Positions 12,860 through 24,616 of a DNA stretch of 64,000 nt are shown in pieces; the stretch's first letter is position 1, and each line of letters opens with the position of its first letter. The translations under genes were made by a program, and so were the position numbers. Where the stretch lies: the NCBI GenBank assembly GCA_964016885.1, contig OZ024747.1, positions 52,824,001 to 52,888,000 on the forward strand, in the 5' to 3' direction. Source of the stretch: Eledone cirrhosa. Lineage: Eukaryota. Below the pieces are notes generated by a model. That model saw only the letters and a list, made by a program, of their open reading frames with translations, was not told where the DNA came from and did no database searches.

Positions 12860-13650
12860 TGACAGCATTGTAGTGATATTGCGGTCCTGTCTTCACAACC
12901 TCATCTCATGTCTCCTTGTGTCTACCTCTTCCATAGGTCTAAGCCACTGAGGTTTCTCTGCATTTCTTTCATCATCGTCATCATCATCATCATCATTTTA
13001 CGTCCGCTTTTCCCTGCTTGCAAGGGTGGGACGGGAACTGATTCTGGCTTGATTTCTACAGCGGGATGCCCTTCCTAACACCAACCTCATTTACAGTGAG
13101 TGCTGGGTGCTTTTTTGCCGTGACACCTACACGTCCACTTTACAGTGAGTGCTGGGTGCTTTTTTACCGTGACACCTCCACAACCACTTTGCAGTGGAAT
13201 GATAGGGACCCCAGTCCCTCTATCATCTCATTTCTTCAGCTGAGTAAATTGGAGCAATGTGAAATAAAGTGTCTTGCTCAAGGAAACAACACATCACCCG
13301 GTCTGAGAATTGAACTCACAACCTTTCGATTGCAAAGCCAATGCTCTAACCACTAAGCCATGTGCCTCCATTTATGCAACAGTTATCTTCCATACACATC
13401 ATATGTCCATACCAATGCAGTCTTCTCTCTTGTACACTACATCCAATTCCTCTTATGTCAAGTGTGTCTCTCTCTCAGTTACCCTATGCTATGTTGCTCA
13501 TGCACACATACATCCATTGGAACATATTCAACTCATTTCTTTCTACTCCCTGCAGGTCTTCTGCAATCAAGGCCCATACTTCACTGCCATGTAGTATTGC
13601 AGTTCATACACAGGCATCATACAGTCTAACCTTCACTCGGAGGGAAAAGT
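12860..13650 (-). pseudogene. Decayed RTE-like LINE C-terminal fragment interrupted by a SINE
   Basis: Minus strand FSLRVKVRLYDACV*TAILHGSEVWAL..ERNE, homologous to 28300-28440; continues as GRGRHKET*DEVVK near 12890-12925. Confidence 0.8.
12971..13371 (-). mobile_element. tRNA-derived SINE family A (CORE-like centre, LINE-derived tail)
   Basis: A box TGGCTTAGTGG, B box GAGTTCAATTC, TCCTTGAGCAAGACACT, tail ...GCGGACGTAAAA(TGA)n. Confidence 0.9.
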
Positions 13651-13909
13651 GTATATATAATATTCGCACAGGAATCATTACTTTCTTCCTAGTCACAATA
13701 CAAATCTTACCTGTATGTAAATCAAGTGATACCCAAACTTTGCTATATATTTCACACCTGACCTTCAATACCACCCCCTCCACATATGGGGTAGGGCAGG
13801 TGGTTCTTTTACCCCGCTTCACACAACCCCCTTCTCTTCTCGTCCATTCTCAACACCTGCTCTAATGTCTCTTCCATTTTCAGTCTCACACACATTTTAA
13901 TTTTCCATT

Positions 13910-14860
13910 TGCTGGTGGTGTCTGAGGAAGTGGTTGTGTTGTTGTTGGTGGTGGTGGTGGCAGTGGTGGTCGTGGCAGTGGTGCTGGTGGTGTCTGAGGA
14001 AGTGGTTGTGTTGTTGTTGGTGGTGGTGATGGTGGTGGCAGTGGTGGTCGTGGCAGTGGTGGTGGTAGTGTCTGAGGAAGTGGGTGTGTTGGTGGTGGTG
14101 GTGGTGTCTGAGGAAGTGGTTGTGTTGTTGTTGTTGGTGGTGATGGTGGTGGTGGTAGTGGTGGTCGAGGCAGTGGTGGTGGTAGTGTCTGAGAAAGTGG
14201 GTGTGTTGGTGGTGGTGGTGGCAGTGGTGGTGGTGGTGTCTGAGGAAGTGGTTGTGTTGTTGTTGTTGGTGGTGATGGTGGTGGTGGTAGTGGTGGTCGA
14301 GGCAGTGGTGGTGGTAGTGTCTGAGGAAGTGGGTGTGGTGGTGGTGGTGGTGGCAGTGGTGGTGGTAGTGTCTGAGGAAGTGGGTGTGTTGGTGGTGGTG
14401 GTGGTGTCTGAGGAAGTGGTTGTGTTGTTGTTGTTGGTGGTGATGGTGGTGGTGGTAGTGGTGGTCGAGGCAGTGGTGGTGGTAGTGTCTGAGGAAGTGG
14501 GTGTGTTGGTGGTGGTGGTGTCTGAGGAAGTGGTTGTGTTGTTGTTGGTGGTGGTGGTGGTGGTGGTGGCAGTGGTGGTCGTGGCAGTGGTGGTGGTAGT
14601 GTCTGAGGAAGTGGGTGTGTTGGTGGTGGTGGCAGTGGTGGTTGAGGCAGTGATGGTCGAGGCAGTGGTGGTGGTAGAGTCTGAGGAAGTGGTTGTGTTG
14701 GTGGTGGTGGGTGGTGGTAGTGTCTGAGGAAGTGGTTGTTTTGGTGGTGGTGGTGGTGGTGGTGACAGTGGTGGTGGTAGTGTCTGAGGAAGTGGTGGTG
14801 GCAGTGGTGGTTTGAGGCAGTGGTGGTGGTGGTGGTGGTGGTGGTAGTGTCTGAGGAGAT
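13910..14860. repeat. (GGT)n-derived minisatellite punctuated by GTCTGAGGAAGTGG
   Basis: Read directly; explains the Pro-rich and Val-rich ORFs. Confidence 0.9.
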
Positions 14861-15712
14861 AGAGGCAGTAGCCATGTTGGAGGTGGTGCTTGTGGAGGCG
14901 GTGATGGCAGTAGAAGTAGTGGCTACAATAGCAACAACATATACAACATTACCTGAACATACATTTACCTATCCCCCCTCCCGCCCGCCCCCACCTATTG
15001 TTCACTTTATGGTGTTGCTGATGGAAGTGGTCTTCTTGGTAGAAAGGTGAGTTAGCTTTGTTCTTCAGACACAAACGCCATCACTACCACCACCACCACC
15101 ACCACAACACAGAGGCACACGTGTCTGTGGCTGTGTATGTATGTATAGATATATGTATGTGTGTGTGTGCACGCAGACATACGTGTGTCTGTGTGTGTAT
15201 ATATGTATATATATATATATATATATGTGTGTGTCTGGGTATATATATACATATATATACATATATATATGTGTGTGTCTGGGTATATATATATATTTAT
15301 TCATATATATATATGGGTGTCCATATATATGTATATTTATACACACACATGTTTATCATGCTCATTTTGCTGTAAAATTTTCCCATAAAAGTTTGTGGTA
15401 TATATATATATATATATATTTATGTATGTGTGTGTATGTGTATGTATGTGTGTGTGTGGGAGTTTGTACAGTGCAATTTTCTGTACTCATTGTCCTTGTG
15501 TCACAAAAAATGGTTTATAATGAAAATTACAAATAAAAACACACCCAGTCACTCAGTTAACAATAACAGACACATACATATGTTCATATATAGATATATA
15601 TACACCACTCACACACACACATACCCTCTCTTACTTAATCCAATAAAACTTTAAAGAGACAGCTGTGAATATTACATGATGAAATAAATAAAAAATTTGA
15701 ATTAAAATGTTG

Positions 15713-15749
<37 letters not shown>

Positions 15750-16234
15750 CATTATCGTCGTCGTCATTGAGGGGACAGTTGCACTGGTAGTCAAGGTGTC
15801 TGTGGCGTTTGTGGGCTTTCTCCACAAGTAACCCTTCGAAGCCCCCCCCCCCCCCCCCCCCCCTATTGGGGGAATATTCTTTTGTTTCTAATTATTTTTA
15901 ATTACATCCTTTGTTTTTATAGTCATTTTTTACCAGCAGAAACCCACATTGTACCGTCCTGTGCGGCCCTTAATGTATTTTTATGTAAACCCTTTGTGGT
16001 CAATAAAGAAAACCTTATTATTATTATTATTTCTGATAAAATTATTAAATGACTTGAAGTCTTTGCAACAGGTGGTGTTAAGTTGAACTTTACTAGTGCA
16101 ACTGGTTATGACTTTATTGAATATGATTTGCAGAATTTGTAAATTTATACACATAATGAGATACTCATACAAACAAAGAATATATCATCATCATCATCAT
16201 CATCACCGTTTTATATATATATATATATATATAT

Positions 16235-16597
16235 GTGTAGAATGTGAGTAATATTGTAGAACATTAAAACTATGCATATATCAGATAAGTAGCACTCAAC
16301 AGTTGGTAGAACTAGAGTATATATAAAGAAGAAATTAAAAGATGGTTAAAAAGAGTTCCATATATTTTATTATGCGCATTTCGAATACAAAAATTGTGTT
16401 CTCATCAGATAAAATAAGGTAACATGATATGTTGACTTAGTACTTTCCTGTAAACAAGTGCTATTATGCTTCATATCATGTTACCTTATTTTATCTGGTG
16501 AGAACACAATTTTTGTCCCAGGATGATTTTGTATTCGAAATGCGCATAACAAAATATATGAAACTCTTTTTAGCCACCTTTTAATTTCTTCTTTTTA
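16235..16597. mobile_element. (TA)n-embedded fold-back element (arms 16325-16431 and 16472-16594, 40-nt loop)
   Basis: Reverse-complementary arms, each carrying a hammerhead motif; AGCACTCAAC at 16291. Confidence 0.9.
16363..16416 (-). ncRNA. Type I hammerhead ribozyme, complete core
   Basis: Minus strand TATTTTAT-CTGATGA-GAACACAA(TTT)TTGTATTC-GAAA-TGCGCA-TA-ATAAAATA: 8-bp stem I, 7/8-bp stem II, palindromic ATGCGCAT stem III. Confidence 0.85.
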
Positions 16598-16911
16598 TAT
16601 ATATATATATATATATATATTATCATTATTATTATACTTAATTAAATTTGTCACGAATATACATAATATCTCAATAAAAGGAGATAGTTTAAAATATCTG
16701 ATTCAGAGAGGCTTTTACTGGGATCCACCCTTCAGTGATTTTGTATAAGTTACTCTCTTTCTCTCTCTCTCCTAAATGAGCGAGACATGGACACCTGACC
16801 CAACTTGTCTCTAAATGGGACAAACCGTCTAACCCATGCTAGTGTGGAAGATAGACGTTAATTGAAGATGATGATAATGATGATTATATATTTATATATA
16901 TATATATATAT

Positions 16912-17446
16912 TTGAAAAGAGAAGTAAGGTTCTATATAAAACAGTGGTTATAGAGAAAAGGTGAAATTGGAAATAGCACGAAAAATATATTTAAGGGCCT
17001 GTTTTTTTTTCTTTCCCTTTCTTTGATTTGTCAAAGTGACATTATTGAAAAGATGCGAGAGACAATTCTTCTAAAAAAGAATTTTAAAATGTATATAATA
17101 TAACTGATTTCGATGTATTAGTAAAATTCATCTTATCAAATGTTGAGTATAAGAATTAAAAACTTGCCTCAACACTTAATTTTAAATCTTTAATTTTTAG
17201 GTTTTAATTCTTATTAATTCTTTTTAATTGTAATACCCAACATTTGATAAGATGAATTTTATTACTAATACATCGAAACCGGTAATACTTTATATACATT
17301 ATATACATAATAAAACTCTTTTTTAAAAAAATTGTCACTCTCGTTTTATCAATAATGTCACTTTGGCGAATCAAAGAAAGGAGAAAAAAAAGAAAAACAG
17401 ACCTTTGATTATATTTTCTGTGCTATTTCCAGTTTCACCTTTTCTC
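16912..17446. mobile_element. Large diverged fold-back element (IR 16953-17446, about 200-bp arms) with degenerate hammerhead
   Basis: GAGAAAAGGTGAAA.TGGAAATAGCAC versus GTGCTATTTCCAGTTTCACCTTTTCTC; TTGATAA-GATG..CATC-GAAA-CCGG-TA at 17244-17284. Confidence 0.85.
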
Positions 17447-17570
17447 AAGCAGCGAAAAGGGGATGATGATATATAAGGAAAGTGAAGAAGAAAAAGTAAA
17501 CGCAAGAGAACAATACAATATAATAATTATATATTAATATAAAGATATAATGCTTGATAAAGTTGCCAAA

Positions 17571-17603
17571 TTAACATTTTGGATACCAGTCCTTCATTGA
17601 AAG
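17571..17603 (-). other. Decayed hammerhead copy of the 8318 family
   Basis: Minus CTTTCAATGAAGGACTGGTATCCAAAATGTTAA aligns to CTTCTGATGAAGGACTAGCGTCCGAAACGTTAA. Confidence 0.6.
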
Positions 17604-17812
17604 GAGAAAAGGGAAGAAAGATGTAAGTGAAAAATGAAAACCTCAAAATAGAAGACAGAATAAAGCACATCATGTTATTCAGACAACAAATGAAGTAAAC
17701 TGTCTTCATGAATGAGACAATATGTTGCCTGGTGCCTTCTGATTGTTAGTTGAATACTCAAACCAATGAGCCACATACTTTCACAAAAATGGATGTTAAA
17801 AAAAATGTTGAT

Positions 17813-17870
<58 letters not shown>

Positions 17871-18147
17871 GCTTATCAAAGTTATATCTTTATTCTCTTA
17901 ACGCTTTTGTCAACCTGAAGCTAGAGTACAACACACCTTTCCAAGATGTTGCATAGTGTGACTGATACCAGAGCCATGTGGTTATAAATTGAACTACTTA
18001 ACCACAAAGCCATGCCTGCACCTCCATATTGTGTGTATTTCTATATATGATGTGTGTGTGTATATATATATATATATGATGTGTGTATATATGTGATGTG
18101 TGTGTGTGTGTGTTCCTATATATCATACATTATATGAATTTTAGTTG

Positions 18148-18329
18148 TGAATTGGCAGTATCGGTAGACGGTCGGACGCCATGCTTTGATGCATAGAGTT
18201 ACGGCCCTTGCCATTCTGAGTTCAAATCCCGCCGAGGTTAACTTTGCCTTTCATCCTTACGGGGTCGATAAAATAAAGTACCAGTAATGTACTGGGTAAT
18301 TGCTGGCCATGTGCCAATAGTAGAAACAA
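18148..18329 (+). mobile_element. SINE family B, near full length, 18-bp TSD
   Basis: TTATATGAATTTTAGTTG at 18130-18147 and 18330-18347; GAGTTCAAATCC B box. Confidence 0.9.
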
Positions 18330-18790
18330 TTATATGAATTTTAGTTGACTGGTACTTAAGTGTTCCTGAGCCTGTATGTCTGTGTGTATATATATATATA
18401 CAACCTGTGTGTGTATATATATATATATACAACCTGTGTGTGTATATATATATATATACAACCTGTGTGTACATATATACAACCTGTGTGTGTGTATATA
18501 TACAAATATGTATGTTAAATAGAAAACTATATCTACTTAATTCCAGACTCAGTAACATTACATAGAATAAACAAAGAAGTCAACAAACAACTGAACATTA
18601 ATTTATTTAGACTGGCCAATATGATTTAAATAAATATTAAAAACCTAAGAAAATTTCAACTGTGACATGTGAAAATATTCTCAGGGAAGACAAAAGAGTA
18701 TTTATACATATTAATAGACTCTCTTTCCACACTCAGATCTATATGTACATATACACATGTAGATATCAGTGTATACATATACACATATAT

Positions 18791-19110
18791 ACATGGCTTA
18801 GTGGTTAGAGCATTGGCCTTGCAATCGAAAGGTTGTGAGTTCAATTCTCGGACCGGGTGATGTGTTGTTTCCTTGAGCAGACACTTTATTTCACATTGCT
18901 CCAGTTTACTCAGCTGTAGAAATGAGATGATAGGGACTGGGTTCCCTATCATTCCACTGCAAAGTGGACGTGTAGGTGCCACGGCAAAAAAGTGCTCAGC
19001 ACTTACTGTAAATGAGGTTGGTGTTAGGAAGGGCATCCAACTGTAGAAATCAAGCCACCCTTGCAAGCAGGGAAAAAGCGGACGTAAAATGAAATGATGA
19101 TGATGATGAT
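18791..19110 (+). mobile_element. tRNA-derived SINE family A
   Basis: Reverse complement of 12971-13371. Confidence 0.9.
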
Positions 19111-19325
19111 TCACTATATACACACATATATACACGCATTCACTATATACGCACATATATACATGCATTCACTATATACACATATATACATACGTATACA
19201 CATATATACATACATTCACCACTTACAAATTAACTGCACAGCTGGTTTGATATGTATAATTTTCACTTAATTTATCAAAAATAAAATCGGGATGATTTAG
19301 TAATATAGCTAATTTTCTCATTAAA

Positions 19326-19540
19326 TTAACCCTTTAGCATTTATATTACTCTATATATACTATTATATTTTAATGGTAAAGGCTCTACCTCACATAATAT
19401 CGAATCTATGAGATTTTGAAAGTATTTATTTTGAAAACAATACCTTAACATCAGTTTGAGTGACCAGTTACAGCCAGTTTCAACAGAAAAAGGTAGAGAA
19501 TTCTGGCCGGTTTTGGATGGTTTGAACATTAAAGGGTTAA
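19326..19540. mobile_element. piggyBac-like MITE
   Basis: TTAA-CCCTTTAGCATTT ... ATTAAAGGG-TTAA; other copies at 46338, 54312 and 53448. Confidence 0.8.
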
Positions 19541-19849
19541 GGTTTAGTACATTACTTAAGAAATGTTTCTTATAGAAATTATAATAGAAATTTGAAAATA
19601 TAAATAATTACAATGAAGGATTCTAAGTTAGGCTCAAGGCCAGTAATTTTCAGATGATGAGGAAAGTTGAATTCAACATATTAACAAAGCAATGGAAGTA
19701 GTTATTTCATTAATTTGAATAGTAATAGATTCATTATCACCATGTAAGATATGATCCTGCCACCCCCACCCCCCTCTCTCTCTCTCTTTTTTATAAAGAG
19801 TTGGGACCTGACAGTTGAGCACTTGCTGTTTCAGCAGCTAGTTTTATGT

Positions 19850-20212
19850 ATCATCATCATCATCATCATCATCAACGTTTAACATCTATCTTCCACGCTA
19901 GCATGGGTTTAGACGGGAATCGTCCTACTTGAGGCAAGATTGGTCGGGTGACTGTGTCTCGCTTGTATAGGATTGTCTGGCAGGTTTTCTACGGCTGGAT
20001 GCTCTTCCTAACACCAACCACATTTACAGTGTAGAACTGGGAGGTTTTTACAGTGTTACCTACACGGCCACATTACAGTGTGGACTGTGTGTTCTTTTGT
20101 CGTGACACCTACACGACCTCATTTAGTTTGGACTGGATGTTGTGGTACCAACATAACTTTACAGAGAAAGGATGGTGTTGATGGGGGTGGGGTGGAGTAG
20201 GGGTAGTGCAAT
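19850..20212 (-). mobile_element. LINE 3' UTR copy
   Basis: Reverse complement of 28810-29123 with a (CAT)n end. Confidence 0.85.
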
Positions 20213-20451
20213 GATATATATATATATATATATGAAAGAGAGACTTATAGAAACACATACACACACACAAAGTGGCCTAATTCTTTGCATCAATAAATTT
20301 CCTCTTCTTCTTCACTTTTAATATTTAATATCTCCTGGTATGTGTGTGTCTGTGTAAGAAAATACACACACATTACTTCATCAGTATATACAGATAAAAT
20401 GAGTCAAATAAATTACTCTCCTTACATAGGTATAATCAGTGTGTATGTATA

Positions 20452-21210
20452 AACCCTTCAGTTGTAAAACCCCAAATCAACAACTCTCCATACCTAGGTA
20501 TAAAGCCTTCAGTTATAAAACCGCAACTCAACGACTCTCCATACCTAGGTATAAACCTTCAGTTATAAAACCGCAACTCAACGACTCTCCATACCTAGTT
20601 ATAAAGCCTTCAGTTATAAAACCCCAACTCAACAACTCTCTATACCTAGTTATAAAGCCTTCAGTTATAAAACCCCAACTCAACAACTCTCTATACCTAG
20701 TTATAAAGCCTTCAGTTATAAAACCCCAACTCAACAACTCTCTATACCTAGTTATAAAGCCTTCAGTTATAAAACCCCAACTCAGCGACTCTCCAGACCT
20801 AGGTATAAACCTTCAGTTATAAAACCCCAACTCAGCGACTCTCCAGACCTAGTTATAAAGCCTTCAGTTATAAAACCCCAACTCAACAACTCTCCATACC
20901 TAGGTATAAACCTTCAGTTATAAAACCCCAACTCAATGACTCTCCATACCTAGGTATAAAGCCTTCACTTATAAAACCCCAACTCAACAACTCTCCATAC
21001 CTAGGTATAAACCTTCAGTTATAAAACCGCAACTCAACGACTCTCCAGACCTAGGTATAAAGCCTTCACTTATAAAACCCCAACTCAACAACTCTCCATA
21101 CCTAGGTATAAAGCCTTCAGTTATAAAACCCCAACTCAACGACTCTCCATACACAAGTATAGTCAGTGTGAATGTATAAAGCCTTCAGTCATAAAACCTC
21201 AACTCAACGA
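20452..21210. repeat. 50/51-bp minisatellite, about 15 copies
   Basis: Unit TATAAA(G)CCTTCAGTTATAAAACCCCAACTCAACAACTCTCCATACCTAG(G/T). Confidence 0.95.
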
Positions 21211-22282
21211 GCCTTTAGAGTATCCTCAAAAGGCAGCAACATTGTCCCACAAAAGAATGAAAGAATAAAACATAAAAGTTAGTTAATAATGGATACTGAA
21301 ATAATTTATTTGTGTAAAGTATACAGTAAAATAAAAACAAAGTCAGCACAACAACAACAAACAACTCATAGTATTCACATATAAAACTATACATAAAGTG
21401 TATTACATATAAACCAAATAGCTGCTGGCTATAGAAGAGTTGAAAACGTTATCACAAAAATCCATTAAATAGAAATACAACATGCATTACACTCCATCAT
21501 AAACTAGAAGTAATCATATATTTACAATACAAGAACATGAAAAATTAAAGATCTCACCAACAACACACAACAAACTAGCCAAACCATAAACTAACCAACA
21601 AATCGCCTAAAATTTCTTCAGATGATTAATGTAATTTGTAAATTCAGATGAAAACATGAAAGTTGTAAACTTTATGACTCTAAGACATAGATGTACCAAA
21701 TTTTCTATTCAATTGACTATGCAACTTCAAGTAAGGCGCCACCGCAAGGGGAATCAACAGACAAAGAGCACATCATAACACAAATATTACCACTATCATC
21801 ATACTTTTACATCTGTTTTTACATGCTTGCAATGGCTTGGACTAATATAAAATTTGTAAACTTTATATCTTCAAGGTATAAATATACGACAATATCTATT
21901 TAATTAAGTATGTATCTTCAGTAACAGTGCATGACTAAGTAGTTTGGGTGTGGCACATTGTATCCTTAAGCAAGACATTTTATTTCATGTTGCTCCACTC
22001 AGTTGGCATTAAATGGATGTTTTAATGATACAGGCCCAAGTTCTATCATGAAAAGTAACATGAAATAAAGTTCTTTGCTCAAGAAGAAAACATGCTACCT
22101 GCTCCAGGAATTCAACTCACAACCTCAGGGCCATAAGTCCAACACCTTAACCACTAGGCTATGTGCCTTCACTATTACAATGTATGTATCACTAATGGTA
22201 GCAACATCTGTAGAAATAAATCCCTTGTTTTCTGATAACTAAATCAGTTGAATCTTTATCAATTAAATATCAATCATTCATG

Positions 22283-24073
22283 AATCTGGGTGAGATACCC
22301 TGCTACCACATCAGGGTATATCAACCCTACCATACACTAATCTGGGTGAGATACCCTGCTACCACATCAGGGTGTATCAACCCTACCATACACTAATCTG
22401 GGTGAAATACCCTGCTATTACATCAGGGTATATCAACCCTACCATACACTAATCTGGGTGAGATACCCTGCTACCTCATCAGGGTATATCAACCCTACCA
22501 TACACTAATCTGGGTGAGATACCCTGCTACCACATCAGGGTATATCAACCCTACCATACACTAATCTGGGTGAGATACCCTGCTACCTCATCAGGGTATA
22601 TCAACTCTACCATACACTAATCTGGGTGAAATACCCTGCTACCACATTAGGGTATATCAACCCCACCATACAATAATCTGGGTGAGATACCCTGCTACCA
22701 CATCAGGGTATATCAACCCTACCATACACTAATCTGGGTGAGATACCCTGCTACCACATCAGGGTATATCAACCCTACCATACACTAATCTGGGTGAGAT
22801 ACCCTGCTACCACATCAGGGTATATCAACTCTACCATACACTAATCTGGGTGAGATACCCTGCTATCACATTAGGGTATATCAACCCTACCATACACTAA
22901 TCTGGGTGAGATACCCTGCTACCACATCAGGGTATATCAACTCTACCATACACTAATCTGGGTGAGATACCCTGCTACCACATCAGAGTATATCAACCCT
23001 ACCATACACTAATCTGGGTGAGATACCCTGCTATCACATTAGGGTATATCAACCCTACCATACACTAATCTGGGTGAGATACCCTGCTACCACATCAGGG
23101 TATATCAACCCTACCATACACTAATCTGGGTGAGATACCCTGCTACCACATCAGGGTATATCAACTCTACCATACACCAATCTGGGTGAGATACCCTGCT
23201 ACCACATTAGGGTATATCAACCCTACCATACACTAATCTGGGTGAGATACCCTGCTACCACATCAGGGTATATCAACTCTACCATACACTAATCTGGGTG
23301 AGATACCCTGCTATCACATCAGGGTATATCAACTCTACCATACACTAATCTGGGTGAGATACCCTGCTACCACATCAGGGTATATCAACCCTACCATACA
23401 CTAATCTGGGTGAGATACCCTGCTACCACATCAGGGTATATCAACTCTACCATACACTAATCTGGGTGAGATACCCTGCTACCACATCAGGGTATATCAA
23501 CTCTACCATACACTAATCTGGGTGAGATACCCTGCTATCACATCAGGGTATATCAACTCTACCATACACTAATCTGGGTGAGATACCCTGCTACCACATC
23601 AGGGTATATCAACCCTACCATACACTAATCTGGGTGAGATACCCTGCTACCACATCAGGGTATATCAACTCTACCATACACTAATCTGGGTGAGATACCC
23701 TGCTACCACATCAGGGTATATCAACTCTACCATACACTAATCTGGGTGAGATACCCTGCTATCACATCAGGGTATATCAACTCTACCATACACTAATCTG
23801 GGTGAGATACCCTGCTACCACATCAGGGTATATCAACTCTACCATACACTAATCTGGGTGAGATACCCTGCTACCTCAACAGGGTATATCAACCCTACCA
23901 TACACTAATCTGGGTGAGATACCCTGCTATCACATTAGGGTATATCAACCCTACCATACACTAATCTGGGTGAGATACCCTGCTACCACATCAGGGTATA
24001 TCAACCCTACCATACACTAATCTGGGTGAGATACGCTGCTATCACATCAGGGTATATCAACTCTACCATACAC
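22283..24073. repeat. 56-bp minisatellite with internal hairpin, about 32 copies
   Basis: Unit AATCTGGGTGAGATACCCTGCTACCACATCAGGGTATATCAACCCTACCATACACT. Confidence 0.97.
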
Positions 24074-24344
24074 AAGTTCCAGATAGTCTCCAGTTGACAG
24101 GATCTGGCTTATAGCCCCTGTCCAAGTTTACAGATCCAAAACGAAAAATAGTTCTGCTGTTGTCGCCTCCGCCTACTCCTCTTCCTGCGCTTCTTCTTCT
24201 TCCTCATCCTCCTCCTCCTCCTCCTCCTGCTGCCCATCTCCTCTATCACTTTCTCCTCCAGCTAGAGGTGAGAGACATGTGGGGCAGTTAACATGGAGAT
24301 ACATCTACATGAGGACCTACACTTTTCCAGTTCTTCTTTTACTC

Positions 24345-24540
24345 TGTAGTGTTATGTAAGTATATCATGTACGCCACATGTGGTATTTAAGTATATCATG
24401 TACGCCACGTGTTATATGTAAGTATATCATGTACACCACATGCTATGTAAGTATATCATGTACACCGTGTGTTTTATGTAAGTATATTATGTACGCCACA
24501 TGTTTTATGTAAGTATATCATGTATGCCACATGTTATATC
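24345..24540. repeat. About 30-bp minisatellite, about 6 copies
   Basis: ATGTAAGTATATCATGTACGCCACATG.. repeated. Confidence 0.9.
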
Positions 24541-24616
24541 ATCTATCCATGCCACAAATGTTATCTAAAGGAAAGGCAAGGGCCATTATATTGGGGCACC
24601 AATGTTATTGAAAGAG

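Noticed and set aside
12853-12892. CTGAGGA..GATA hammerhead-like string
   Set aside because: Lacks GAAA and an adjacent stem I; lies at the end of an antisense LINE fragment.
15770-15863. GC-richer patch ending in a C homopolymer
   Set aside because: No convincing frame, splice sites or structure.
18791-18855. tRNA-like sequence with A and B boxes (also 13300-13370, 30095-30160, 38070-38140)
   Set aside because: These are SINE heads followed by SINE body, not tRNA genes.
22460-22490. CTGATGA on the minus strand of some 56-bp units
   Set aside because: A minor loop variant with no stem II-GAAA-UH arrangement.
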